Program-made: the position numbers and the translations under genes | From: Candidatus Deferrimicrobiaceae bacterium | GTDB taxonomy: Bacteria > Desulfobacterota > Deferrimicrobia > Deferrimicrobiales > Deferrimicrobiaceae | Assembly (NCBI GenBank): GCA_963792415.1 | Contig: CAWBVY010000004.1 | Location: 256,001-320,000 of the forward strand | Direction: 5' to 3' | Length of the DNA: 64,000 bases | Part shown: in pieces, positions 48,276 through 56,361 of the stretch | Layout of the letters: each line of letters opens with the position of its first letter | How positions within the stretch are numbered: position 1 is the stretch's first letter | The notes under the pieces: model-generated | What the model was told of the DNA's origin: nothing | The model's database searches: none | Seen by the model: only the letters and a program-made list of their open reading frames with translations

Positions 48276-49565
48276 TCATTCCCCGAGGAACATCCCGATC
48301 CGCCGCGTGGACGGGACGTTGTCGAAGATGCATTTCAGGACGGCCAGGATCGGGATCCCCAGCACCAGCCCCATCCCCCCCCACAGCCAGCCGAAGAAGA
48401 GCAGGGCCATCGTCGAGGCGGTCGCGTTCAGCCGCACCCCCCTGCCCACCAGCCTCGGCGTCAGGTAGTTCGCCGCCACGACGTGGAAAACGGTCACCGA
48501 GGCGACCAGGACCACAAAGGGCCCCCCCGACTCGAAGGAGACGAGGCCGACGACGACGCCCGGGAGCAGCGCGAGCGGCAGGCCGAGGTAGGGGACGATG
48601 CTGAGCGTCCCGCTCAGGATTCCCAGCACCACCGGGTACGGGAGCCCCACGAGCAGGTAGACCAGGACGGTCGCCACGGAGAGGAGGATGGCAATCACGG
48701 CGTTTCCGAGGAGGAACTTCCGCATCATCCACTCGATGTCCAGGAGGATCCCCCCCACCGTCGCGCGCTGCACTTCCGGGAAGAGCTCCCGCGTCCGCCG
48801 GGTGAGCGGTTCCCGGTCCGCGAGGATGAAGTAGACGAGGAAGGGGATGAAGCCGAAGGCGAAGAGGACGCCGGTCAGGGACCCGAGGCCGTGGAGCAGC
48901 GACTCCGTGAACGGTTCCGCATCCTGCATGAGGACGGGCGGGGCGGATTTCGGGCTCGCGGAGGCCGCTGCCGGGGGTGCGATGCGGCGGCCCGCCTCGG
49001 CGACGACGCGGTTGAGCTCCTCGGCCCTGTCCGCCAGGCTCGCGACGATCGGGGCGGCGCGGATCTTTTCGGCGATCGCGGGGATCTCCGCGAAAAAGCT
49101 TTCCGCGCGCAGGTACGTGCCGTAGAAAATCCCGTAGAGCATCGCGACGAACAGGAAGACCACGATGCCGCTGGCGTGAGGACGCCGCAAGGGGGTCCGT
49201 TCGCAGAGCAGGTGGACCAGCGGTTCGAGGGCGAAGGCCAGCAGCATGGAGGAGAACAGGGTGATGAAGACGGAGGCGGCGTAGTGCAGGAGGGCGATGA
49301 CGCCGAGGATCGCGATGACGGTCGCACTCGCCCGGATGAGTTTCAGATCCGGCCCGGGCGGCCGCGCTTCCTCCTTCGTCCCCGAAATCGGGACCTCCGC
49401 AGGGGCGTCGGCCCCCCGGGCTCCGGCGGCTCGCGCCGCTTCCTCCTTCGCGGCTCGCGCCGCTTCCTCCTTCGCGGCTCGCGCCGCTTCCTCCTTCGCG
49501 GCTCGCGCCGCTTCGGAGGACAAGTCGGAGGACAAGCCCTGGTTCTTTTCTTGCGGTGGCGTCAT
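48276..49565 (-). CDS. AI-2E (PerM) family transporter with repetitive N-terminal extension
   Basis: LAFALEPLV, SIVPYLG, NYLTPRLVG, GWLWGGMGLVLGIP. Confidence 0.88.
   Translation of the reverse strand: MTPPQEKNQGLSSDLSSEAARAAKEEAARAAKEEAARAAKEEAARAAGARGADAPAEVPISGTKEEARPPGPDLKLIRASATVIAILGVIALLHYAASVFITLFSSMLLAFALEPLVHLLCERTPLRRPHASGIVVFLFVAMLYGIFYGTYLRAESFFAEIPAIAEKIRAAPIVASLADRAEELNRVVAEAGRRIAPPAAASASPKSAPPVLMQDAEPFTESLLHGLGSLTGVLFAFGFIPFLVYFILADREPLTRRTRELFPEVQRATVGGILLDIEWMMRKFLLGNAVIAILLSVATVLVYLLVGLPYPVVLGILSGTLSIVPYLGLPLALLPGVVVGLVSFESGGPFVVLVASVTVFHVVAANYLTPRLVGRGVRLNATASTMALLFFGWLWGGMGLVLGIPILAVLKCIFDNVPSTRRIGMFLGE
49366..49536 (-). repeat. In-frame palindromic repeat array (three 24-bp units plus a partial, 12-bp duplication, second hairpin module)
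   Basis: GAAGCGGCGCGAGCCGCGAAGGAG units at 49443-49514 (minus), TTGTCCTCC twice, GCGGAGGTCCCGATTTCGGGGACGAAGGAGG. Confidence 0.9.
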
Positions 49566-49645
49566 CGTCTCACTTTACCGTTTTTCCGGTACCCCGCCTA
49601 CGCCCGTTTGACATCCGGCCGGGGAGAGGCGATCCTGACGAAGAG

Positions 49646-50071
49646 ATGGCGGCTCCCCTCTCGCACACGATCGAGATCCGCGTCCGGTTCGGCGAGACCG
49701 ACCCGTACGGCGTGGCGTACTTCGCCGCGATCCTCGACTACTTCAAGCGCGGGATGGACGAGTTCCTCCGGTCCCGCGGACTCTCTCCCGACCTCGCGTA
49801 CCGGAACCCGAAGCGGAACTACGGGTTCCCCGTCGTGGCTACCGCCTGCCGCTACAGGGCCCCGGTCCGGTTCGACGACCTGCTGATGCTGCGGACCCGC
49901 GTCGTGCGGGTGGAGAAAAGCGGGGCCACGTTCGGCTTCTCCCTGTTCCGCACGGAGGCGGGGAAGGATATCCTGGCGGCGGAGGGACGGATCTCCTGCC
50001 GCTCCATCGACTCCTCCTGGACGCCGATCCCCCTGCCGGCGGAGCTGATAAACATCTTATCCGCCCGCTGA
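49646..50071 (+). CDS. Hotdog-fold acyl-CoA thioesterase (4HBT/YbgC-like)
   Basis: IRVRFGETDPYGVAY, CRYRAPVRFDD. Confidence 0.87.
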   Translation: MAAPLSHTIEIRVRFGETDPYGVAYFAAILDYFKRGMDEFLRSRGLSPDLAYRNPKRNYGFPVVATACRYRAPVRFDDLLMLRTRVVRVEKSGATFGFSLFRTEAGKDILAAEGRISCRSIDSSWTPIPLPAELINILSAR

Positions 50072-50860
50072 GGCGGCGCGTGCAGCGTCCAGCTTCCTCC
50101 GGAAGCGGTTGACCAGCGCCGCCACCGCCGGCGGGGAAAGTTCCCTCCCCTCGATCTTGAAGACATCCGCCCCCGCGGCGATCCAGACCGGGAGTTCGTC
50201 CTCGAGGGAGTTGGGCGCTTCCGGGACCGGCAGGGTCCGGCAAACCAGGCGGCAGCTCCCCCCCCGTTTCGCGGAGGCCGTCCCGCCCCCGATCCCCTCG
50301 ACGACGTATCCGGTCAACCCGCACTTTCCGTGAAGGAGGAACTCCGGGCGGGAGTACGCGAAGACCTCGATCCGAAGCCCCGACGCCTTCTTGATGGGGG
50401 GAATCTCCCCGGGCCGGACCGCCGAGGGGAGGACGACGGCGACGACCCCCAGGTCCCGGTACGCACGGGCATCCTCGGGGTTGAGGACGGAGAGTCCGAC
50501 CGAGGCGCAGAGCGGCCAGCCGGGGAACTCCCGCCGCGCGAGCGCGATCACCCCGGGATCGTTCAGGATCACCTCGTCGACCCCTGCGTCCCGGAGCCGA
50601 TGGAGGTACACCAGGAAGGCGGGGAGATCGCCGGACGACGGAACGGCGTTGATCGCGGCGTGAAGCCGCGCCCCCGCCCGCAGGCAGACGGAAACCGCCG
50701 CCCCGACTTCCTCCGGGGAGAGCCCCGTCCTGCCGCCACGGGAGAGGGAACGGACCCCGACGTAGACGGCGTCGGCCCCCGCCGACAGCGCCGCCTCGAC
50801 CGCGGGGAGGGATCCCGCCGGCGCGAGGAGGGTCGGTGATGGGGGGGACGCCAGGGCCAT
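50057..50860 (-). CDS. Peptidase U32-family Fe-S protein
   Basis: LLAPAGS, GADAVYVG, ILNDPG, GKC..CRLVCR, FKIEGR. Confidence 0.87.
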   Translation of the reverse strand: MALASPPSPTLLAPAGSLPAVEAALSAGADAVYVGVRSLSRGGRTGLSPEEVGAAVSVCLRAGARLHAAINAVPSSGDLPAFLVYLHRLRDAGVDEVILNDPGVIALARREFPGWPLCASVGLSVLNPEDARAYRDLGVVAVVLPSAVRPGEIPPIKKASGLRIEVFAYSRPEFLLHGKCGLTGYVVEGIGGGTASAKRGGSCRLVCRTLPVPEAPNSLEDELPVWIAAGADVFKIEGRELSPPAVAALVNRFRRKLDAARAASAGG

Positions 50861-50932
50861 GCGCCATTATATCGCGGCCGTTCATCGCTTGCTTCGGCGT
50901 GGCGCACGATCGAGGTGCTGTTTATTTTTTGG

Positions 50933-50960
50933 TTGACTTGAAAATATTCCTGAGTATCGT
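50933..50960 (+). promoter_or_regulatory. Putative nuo operon promoter
   Basis: TTGACT-N16-TATCGT with T-rich tract upstream. Confidence 0.5.
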
Positions 50961-51087
50961 AGTGTCGATTGTATGCAAGCCGCACCCCCGAGGCATGAAG
51001 CCGTTCCGCTCGGCACAACGTAAATAAAACGCGCCGGGCGGCGGTTTCGTCGCCATCTTCCGGCCTAGGACGGGACAAGAAGAGACG

Positions 51088-51483
51088 ATGCTGGTCGAAT
51101 ACGCAACCGTTCTTGTGTTCATCGTACTTGGGGCGGTCACCGTCGCCTTGATGCTCGGGCTCTCGCGCTGGTTCGCCCCGACCGCCCCCTCGGCCGCGAA
51201 GTCCTCCACCTACGAGTGCGGGGAGGTCCCGTACGGCTCCTCATGGGTGCAGTTCAACATCCGATTCTACGTGGTGGCGCTCATCTTCATCATCTTCGAC
51301 GTCGAAGTGGCGCTCCTGTACCCCTGGGCCGTGGTCTTCCAGCGGCTGGGCTGGCTCGCCTTCATCGAGGCGTTCATCTTCATCGTGATTCTGCTCGCCG
51401 GGCTGGCGTACCTGTGGAAGGAGGGGGACCTCGAGTGGGTCCGCACAATGCAGGACGCCCCGGCGAAGAAGGGTGCGAAATGA
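51088..51483 (+). CDS. nuoA: NADH-quinone oxidoreductase subunit A (copy 1)
   Basis: [20 protein letters not shown]. Confidence 0.95.
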   Translation: MLVEYATVLVFIVLGAVTVALMLGLSRWFAPTAPSAAKSSTYECGEVPYGSSWVQFNIRFYVVALIFIIFDVEVALLYPWAVVFQRLGWLAFIEAFIFIVILLAGLAYLWKEGDLEWVRTMQDAPAKKGAK

Positions 51484-52013
51484 GTTCTGATCCGGCGCAC
51501 GCCCAGCCCCCGGGACACGGGAGTGCCCCGGTTCCGGGGCTCGGGCCCGAGGCGCACGTCATGGTGGGCAACGCGGACCTGTTCGTCAACTGGGCTCGAA
51601 AATCCTCGCTCTGGTACCTCCTGTTCGCCACGGCGTGCTGCGGCATCGAGCTGATGCAGGCGGGCGCGTCGCGGTACGACATGGACCGGTTCGGCGCGGT
51701 CTTCCGCGCCACCCCCCGCCAGGCGGACCTGATGCTGGTGGCCGGCACGATCACCCACAAGATGGCGGAGCGGGTAAAGCGCCTCTACGACCAGATGCCC
51801 GAGCCCAAGTACGTGATCTCCATGGGATCGTGCGCCAACACCGGGGGCCCGTTCTTCAAGGACTCGTACTGCGTGGTCAAGGGCGTGGACCTGATCATCC
51901 CGGTGGACGTCTACATCCCCGGCTGCCCCCCTCGCCCCGAGGCGCTGATCGACGGGATCATGAAGTTGCAGAAGATCATCATGCAGCGCAAAAATTACGG
52001 CGCCAAGGCGTGA
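51480..52013 (+). CDS. nuoB: NADH-quinone oxidoreductase subunit B (copy 1)
   Basis: [25 protein letters not shown]. Confidence 0.96.
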   Translation: MSSDPAHAQPPGHGSAPVPGLGPEAHVMVGNADLFVNWARKSSLWYLLFATACCGIELMQAGASRYDMDRFGAVFRATPRQADLMLVAGTITHKMAERVKRLYDQMPEPKYVISMGSCANTGGPFFKDSYCVVKGVDLIIPVDVYIPGCPPRPEALIDGIMKLQKIIMQRKNYGAKA

Positions 52014-52029
52014 GGCGAAGGGAAACCGG

Positions 52030-52500
52030 TTGGAAGGCCAGGCGATTTTCGACACATTGAAGGGGAAGTTCGGCGACGCCGTCGTCGAGCTGCAGGGGGA
52101 GGGCTATTCCCCCGCCTTCGTGGTCGTCGCCGCGGCGGCGGTGAAAGAGGTCTCCCGGTTCCTAAAGGAGGACCCGAGCCTCTCCTTCGACGTCCTCATG
52201 TGCCTTTCCGGGGTGGATTACAAGGAGAAGTTCGCCGTCGCCTACCATCTCCACTCCCTGAAACACCGCCACGCGATCGGTCTCAAGGCGATGCTCCCCC
52301 GCGAGAACCCGTCCCTCCCGACGGTGGACGACGTCTGGCCCGCCGCCAATTTCAACGAGCGGGAGGCGTTCGACCTGTTCGGGATCGTGTTCGAGGGCTC
52401 GAAGGACCTCCGCCGGATCCTTCTCCCGCCGGACTGGGAGGGGCACCCGCTGCGGAAGGATTACAAGTATCCCGACTTCTACCACGGGATCAAGGTATGA
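52030..52500 (+). CDS. nuoC: NADH-quinone oxidoreductase subunit C (copy 1)
   Basis: EREAFDLFGI, WEGHPLRKDY. Confidence 0.94.
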   Translation: MEGQAIFDTLKGKFGDAVVELQGEGYSPAFVVVAAAAVKEVSRFLKEDPSLSFDVLMCLSGVDYKEKFAVAYHLHSLKHRHAIGLKAMLPRENPSLPTVDDVWPAANFNEREAFDLFGIVFEGSKDLRRILLPPDWEGHPLRKDYKYPDFYHGIKV

Positions 52501-53627
52501 CGACCCGGTCCAACGCGCTCCCCACGCAGGAGATGACGATCAACATGGGGCCGCAGCACCCGAGCACCCACGGGGTGCTCCGGGTGATCCTCACCACCGA
52601 CGGCGAGGTGGTGACCCGCGCGGTGCCCGACGTCGGCTACCTGCACCGGGGGCTCGAGAAGATCGGCGAGCGCGTCACCTACGCCCAGTTCATGCCGTTC
52701 ACGGACCGCCTCGACTACCTCGCGGCGATGAACTGCAACTGCGCCTGGGCGTGGGCGGTCGAGAAGCTGGCGAAGATCGAGGTTCCCGAGCGCGCCGAGT
52801 TCCTGCGCGTCATCGTCTCCGAGCTGAACCGGATCTCCTCCCACCTGATCGCGTTCGGGTCGTACACCGCGGACATGGGGGCGTTCACCCCGTTCCTGTA
52901 CGCCATCCGGGAGCGGGAGCAGGTCAACGACCTTTTCGAGATGCTCTGCGGGAACCGCCTGACGTACAACTACGCCCGCGTCGGCGGCGTCTCGGGCGAT
53001 GCCCCTCCGGGCTTTCTCGAGAAGACGAAGGAGTTCCTCGACTACTTCGAGCCGAAGCTCGACGAGTACAACAACCTCATCTCCTACAACAAGATCTTCG
53101 TCCACCGGCTGGCGAACGTCGCCGTGATCCCCGCGGAGGAGGCGGTCGCCTACGGGCTGACGGGCCCCAACCTGCGCGGCTCCGGCGTCCACTTCGACCT
53201 TCGGAAGGACGAGCCGTACTCCGTCTACCCGAAGTTCGATTTCAAGGTCTGCGTCGGCACCGGGGAGCGCGGCACGCTCGGCGACTGCTTCGACCGGTAC
53301 ATGGTGCGGATCAACGAGATGCGCGAGAGCGTCAAGATCGTCCGGCAGGCGGTCGCGCAGATCCCCGACGGGCCCGTGCTGGCGAAGGTCCCCCGCGTCT
53401 TCAAGCCGCCGGTCGGCGAGACGTACTTCCGCTCCGAGTGCCCGCGCGGGGAGACGGGGATCTACCTGATCAGCGACGGCTCGGTGAACCCGTACCGGCT
53501 GAAGATCCGCACCGGCTCCTTCGTGTCGATGAACATCTTCGAGAAGATCACGAGAGGGCTGATGATCGCGGACATCGTCGCCGTCATCGGCAGCTTCGAC
53601 ATCATCCTTCCGGAGATCGATCGATAG
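52497..53627 (+). CDS. nuoD: NADH-quinone oxidoreductase subunit D (copy 1)
   Basis: NMGPQHPSTHGVLR, GYLHRGLEK, DRLDY, C-terminal EIDR; no NiFe CxxC motifs. Confidence 0.96.
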   Translation: MTTRSNALPTQEMTINMGPQHPSTHGVLRVILTTDGEVVTRAVPDVGYLHRGLEKIGERVTYAQFMPFTDRLDYLAAMNCNCAWAWAVEKLAKIEVPERAEFLRVIVSELNRISSHLIAFGSYTADMGAFTPFLYAIREREQVNDLFEMLCGNRLTYNYARVGGVSGDAPPGFLEKTKEFLDYFEPKLDEYNNLISYNKIFVHRLANVAVIPAEEAVAYGLTGPNLRGSGVHFDLRKDEPYSVYPKFDFKVCVGTGERGTLGDCFDRYMVRINEMRESVKIVRQAVAQIPDGPVLAKVPRVFKPPVGETYFRSECPRGETGIYLISDGSVNPYRLKIRTGSFVSMNIFEKITRGLMIADIVAVIGSFDIILPEIDR

Positions 53628-54742
53628 TGGAAGCCCTGGCGATATCCCTCGTGAACGCCATCCCGCTGCTGGCGGGCGTCCCCCTGTGGACGGTGACGCT
53701 GCTGCTGATGGTGGTGGTGGCGGCGGTCATCCTCGTGTTCGCCCTGACGTTCGAAGGGGTCGGGTCGCTGGTTCTGCGCAAGGTCGCAGGCGACATCCAG
53801 GCCCGGATCGGACCGAACCGGGTCGGCCCCAACGGGATGCTCCAGTTCCTGGCCGACGGCGTGAAGCTGGTCCTCAAGGAGGACCTCATCCCGGCGAGCG
53901 CGGACCGGCTCCTCTTCAAGCTGGCGCCGTACTTCGCCTTCGTAGGCTCCTTCGCCGCCTTCGTGGTCGTCCCCTTCGGCGTGGGACTGATCGCCGCCGA
54001 CCTGAACATCGGCATCTACTACGTGATGGCGGTCACCTCCCTGGTGGTGATCGGGGTCCTGCTCGCGGGGTGGTCCTCCAACAACAAGTGGGCGCTCCTC
54101 GGAGGCATGCGGGCCGCCGCGCAGATCGTCTCCTACGAGATCCCGGTGGGGATGGCCCTGATCCCCGCGGTGCTCATCGCCGGCTCCCTGTCGCTGCAGG
54201 ACATCGTCCGTTCCCAGGGGGGACTGTTCGGTGTCTTCGGGTGGAACCTGTTCCACAACCCCTTCACCTTCTTCTCCTTCTTCCTCTACTTCACGGCGGC
54301 GCAGGCCGAGACCAACCAGACCCCGTTCGACCTCCCCGAGGCCGAGTCGGAGCTGGTCTCCGGCTACAACGTGGAGTACTCCGGGATCCGCTTCGGCCTC
54401 TTCTTCCTGTCGGAGTTCGGCGACATGTTCATCGTGGCGGCGCTGGCCACCGCCTGCTTCCTGGGAGGGTGGAACGTCCCGTACTTCAACGCCGCGACGC
54501 TTCCGTGGATCTGGGGGAACCTCCTCTCCCTCGGCGTCTTCCTCGGGAAGGCGTTCACGATGGTGCTGATCATGATGTGGGTCCGCTGGACGCTGCCCCG
54601 CCTGCGCGTGGACCAGTTGATGCGGATGGCGTGGAAATACCTGGTGCCGCTTACGTTCGTCAACCTCCTCGGCGTCTCCCTCTGGCTCCTGGTCTTCCAG
54701 GGCAAGGGGATCCCCGGGATGATCGCCTCGCTGTTCGGATGA
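53627..54742 (+). CDS. nuoH: NADH-quinone oxidoreductase subunit H
   Basis: QARIGPNRVGP, ADGVKLVLKED, PFDLPEAESELVSG, RWTLPRLRVDQ. Confidence 0.96.
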   Translation: MEALAISLVNAIPLLAGVPLWTVTLLLMVVVAAVILVFALTFEGVGSLVLRKVAGDIQARIGPNRVGPNGMLQFLADGVKLVLKEDLIPASADRLLFKLAPYFAFVGSFAAFVVVPFGVGLIAADLNIGIYYVMAVTSLVVIGVLLAGWSSNNKWALLGGMRAAAQIVSYEIPVGMALIPAVLIAGSLSLQDIVRSQGGLFGVFGWNLFHNPFTFFSFFLYFTAAQAETNQTPFDLPEAESELVSGYNVEYSGIRFGLFFLSEFGDMFIVAALATACFLGGWNVPYFNAATLPWIWGNLLSLGVFLGKAFTMVLIMMWVRWTLPRLRVDQLMRMAWKYLVPLTFVNLLGVSLWLLVFQGKGIPGMIASLFG

Positions 54743-54746
54743 GACC

Positions 54747-55529
54747 ATGGGCCTGAAGGCATACATGAACGACATCGTCGAGGCCGTGGTCACCACGGCG
54801 AAGGGGATGCGGATCACCGCGCGCTACGGCGTGAACCCGAAGGAAGAGGTCACGCTGCAGTACCCCGAGGAGCGGTGGGAAATTCCCGAGGGGTACCGCG
54901 GCTTCCTCCACAACGATGTCAAGAAATGCACCGCGTGCACGATGTGCGTGAAGGTGTGCCCTATCGACTGCATCTCCCTCGAGTCGGTGCGGGGGGCGGA
55001 CAAGAAGATGGTTCTCGCCTCCTACGACATCAACATCGGGCGGTGCATGTACTGCGGGCTGTGCGTCGAGGTGTGCCCCCCGAAGTCCCTGAAGCACACG
55101 GCCGGCTACGAGATGGCGTCGGTGGCCCGCGGGGAGCTGATCCTGAACTTCATCGCGGAGGACGCGGCGGAGATCAAGGCCAGGGTGGCGCGCCAGGTGG
55201 CCGAGGCGGCGGCCAAGGAGGCCGAAGCCAAGAAAGCCGCCGAAGCCCAGGCCGCCGAAGCCCAGGCCGCGGGAAAACCTGCGCAGGCCCCCCTTTCGGG
55301 GGCTGCCAAAGTGGCGGAGGTCCCTTCATCGGGGACGGCGGAGGTCCCCTCTTCGGGGACGAAGTCCGCGGACCTGTCCTCCGACCCGTCCTCCGAAGCG
55401 GCGCGAGCCGCGAAGGAGGAAGCCGGCAAGGCCGCTGGTGTGGAGCCGAAGCCGGCGAAGGAAGAAGCTGCCAAGGCCCCGGTCGTGGAGCCGAAGGCCG
55501 CGAAGGAGGAGGAGAAGAAACCGGAATGA
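54747..55529 (+). CDS. nuoI: NADH-quinone oxidoreductase subunit I with long low-complexity C-terminal tail
   Basis: TLQYPEE; CTACTMCVKVCP; CMYCGLCVEVCP. Confidence 0.94.
   Translation: MGLKAYMNDIVEAVVTTAKGMRITARYGVNPKEEVTLQYPEERWEIPEGYRGFLHNDVKKCTACTMCVKVCPIDCISLESVRGADKKMVLASYDINIGRCMYCGLCVEVCPPKSLKHTAGYEMASVARGELILNFIAEDAAEIKARVARQVAEAAAKEAEAKKAAEAQAAEAQAAGKPAQAPLSGAAKVAEVPSSGTAEVPSSGTKSADLSSDPSSEAARAAKEEAGKAAGVEPKPAKEEAAKAPVVEPKAAKEEEKKPE
55284..55423 (+). repeat. In-frame palindromic modules in the nuoI tail, homologous to those at 49366-49536
   Basis: GCGGAGGTCCC..GGGGAC twice and TGTCCTCCGACCCGTCCTCCGAAGCGGCGCGAGCCGCGAAGGAGGAAGC. Confidence 0.88.
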
Positions 55530-56059
55530 GCGGACCCGCGGAATACATCTTCTACGCCGCGGCGGCGATGACCGTGGGGGCGGCCATACTGGTGGCCATC
55601 CTCCCGAACATCCTCTACGCGGCCGTGGCGCTCCTGTTCTCCTTCGCCGGCGTGGCGGGGCTGTACGTCCTCCTTTCCGCGGATTTCCTCGCCGCGACCC
55701 AGATCCTGGTCTACGTGGGGGGGATCATCGTCCTGCTCCTGTTCGCCGTCTTCCTGTCGAACCGGATCTCCGAGGCGAAGATCACCAACCCCACCCACTT
55801 CCGCCTTCCCGCCGCGGCGATCTGCCTGGTCCTGTTCGGCGTTCTCTCGTACGCCGCCGTGTCGACGCCCTACGCCGTAAAGCAGGGGGTCTATCTCCCC
55901 ACCACCGCGGACATCGGCGAACTGCTGATGACCCGCTACCTGCTCCCCTTCGAGGTCGCGTCGGTGCTGCTGCTGGCGGCGCTCATCGGCGCGGCGCTGC
56001 TGTCCCGGCCGGACCGGGCGGCTCCGGATACGGGAGAGATGGAGGAAGGGAAGCGATGA
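55526..56059 (+). CDS. nuoJ: NADH-quinone oxidoreductase subunit J
   Basis: QILVYVGGIIVLLLF, YLLPFEVASVLLLAALIGA. Confidence 0.94.
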   Translation: MSGPAEYIFYAAAAMTVGAAILVAILPNILYAAVALLFSFAGVAGLYVLLSADFLAATQILVYVGGIIVLLLFAVFLSNRISEAKITNPTHFRLPAAAICLVLFGVLSYAAVSTPYAVKQGVYLPTTADIGELLMTRYLLPFEVASVLLLAALIGAALLSRPDRAAPDTGEMEEGKR

Positions 56060-56358
56060 CGCTCGACAAGCTCCTCGTCATCGCCGCCGCTCTCTTCTGC
56101 TGCGGCCTCTACACCGTGATGACCCGCCGCAACGCCGTGGCGGTGCTGATGGGGGTCGAGCTGATCCTGAACGCGACCAACATCAACTTCGTCGCGTTTT
56201 CCTTCTTCCTCAACCGGGTGATGGGCGGGCAGATCTTCGCCGTCTTCGTCATCGTGCTCGCTGCGGCCGAGGCGGCGGTGGCGCTGGCCATTTTCCTGCG
56301 GATGTTCTCGACCACGGGGACCGTGGAAGTCGACGCCGCGGACCAGTTGAAGGGGTAG
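56056..56358 (+). CDS. nuoK: NADH-quinone oxidoreductase subunit K
   Basis: RRNAVAVLMGVELILN, AAAEAAVALAI. Confidence 0.95.
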   Translation: MTLDKLLVIAAALFCCGLYTVMTRRNAVAVLMGVELILNATNINFVAFSFFLNRVMGGQIFAVFVIVLAAAEAAVALAIFLRMFSTTGTVEVDAADQLKG

Positions 56359-56361
56359 CCG

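Noticed and set aside
49443-49514. 24-bp direct repeats as a possible CRISPR array
   Set aside because: Units are contiguous with no spacers and no cas genes are present; treated as a coding palindromic repeat
52497-53627. Possible group 4 NiFe-hydrogenase large subunit given the missing NuoEFG
   Set aside because: Lacks the N- and C-terminal CxxC Ni ligands and retains quinone-site His/Tyr motifs of NuoD
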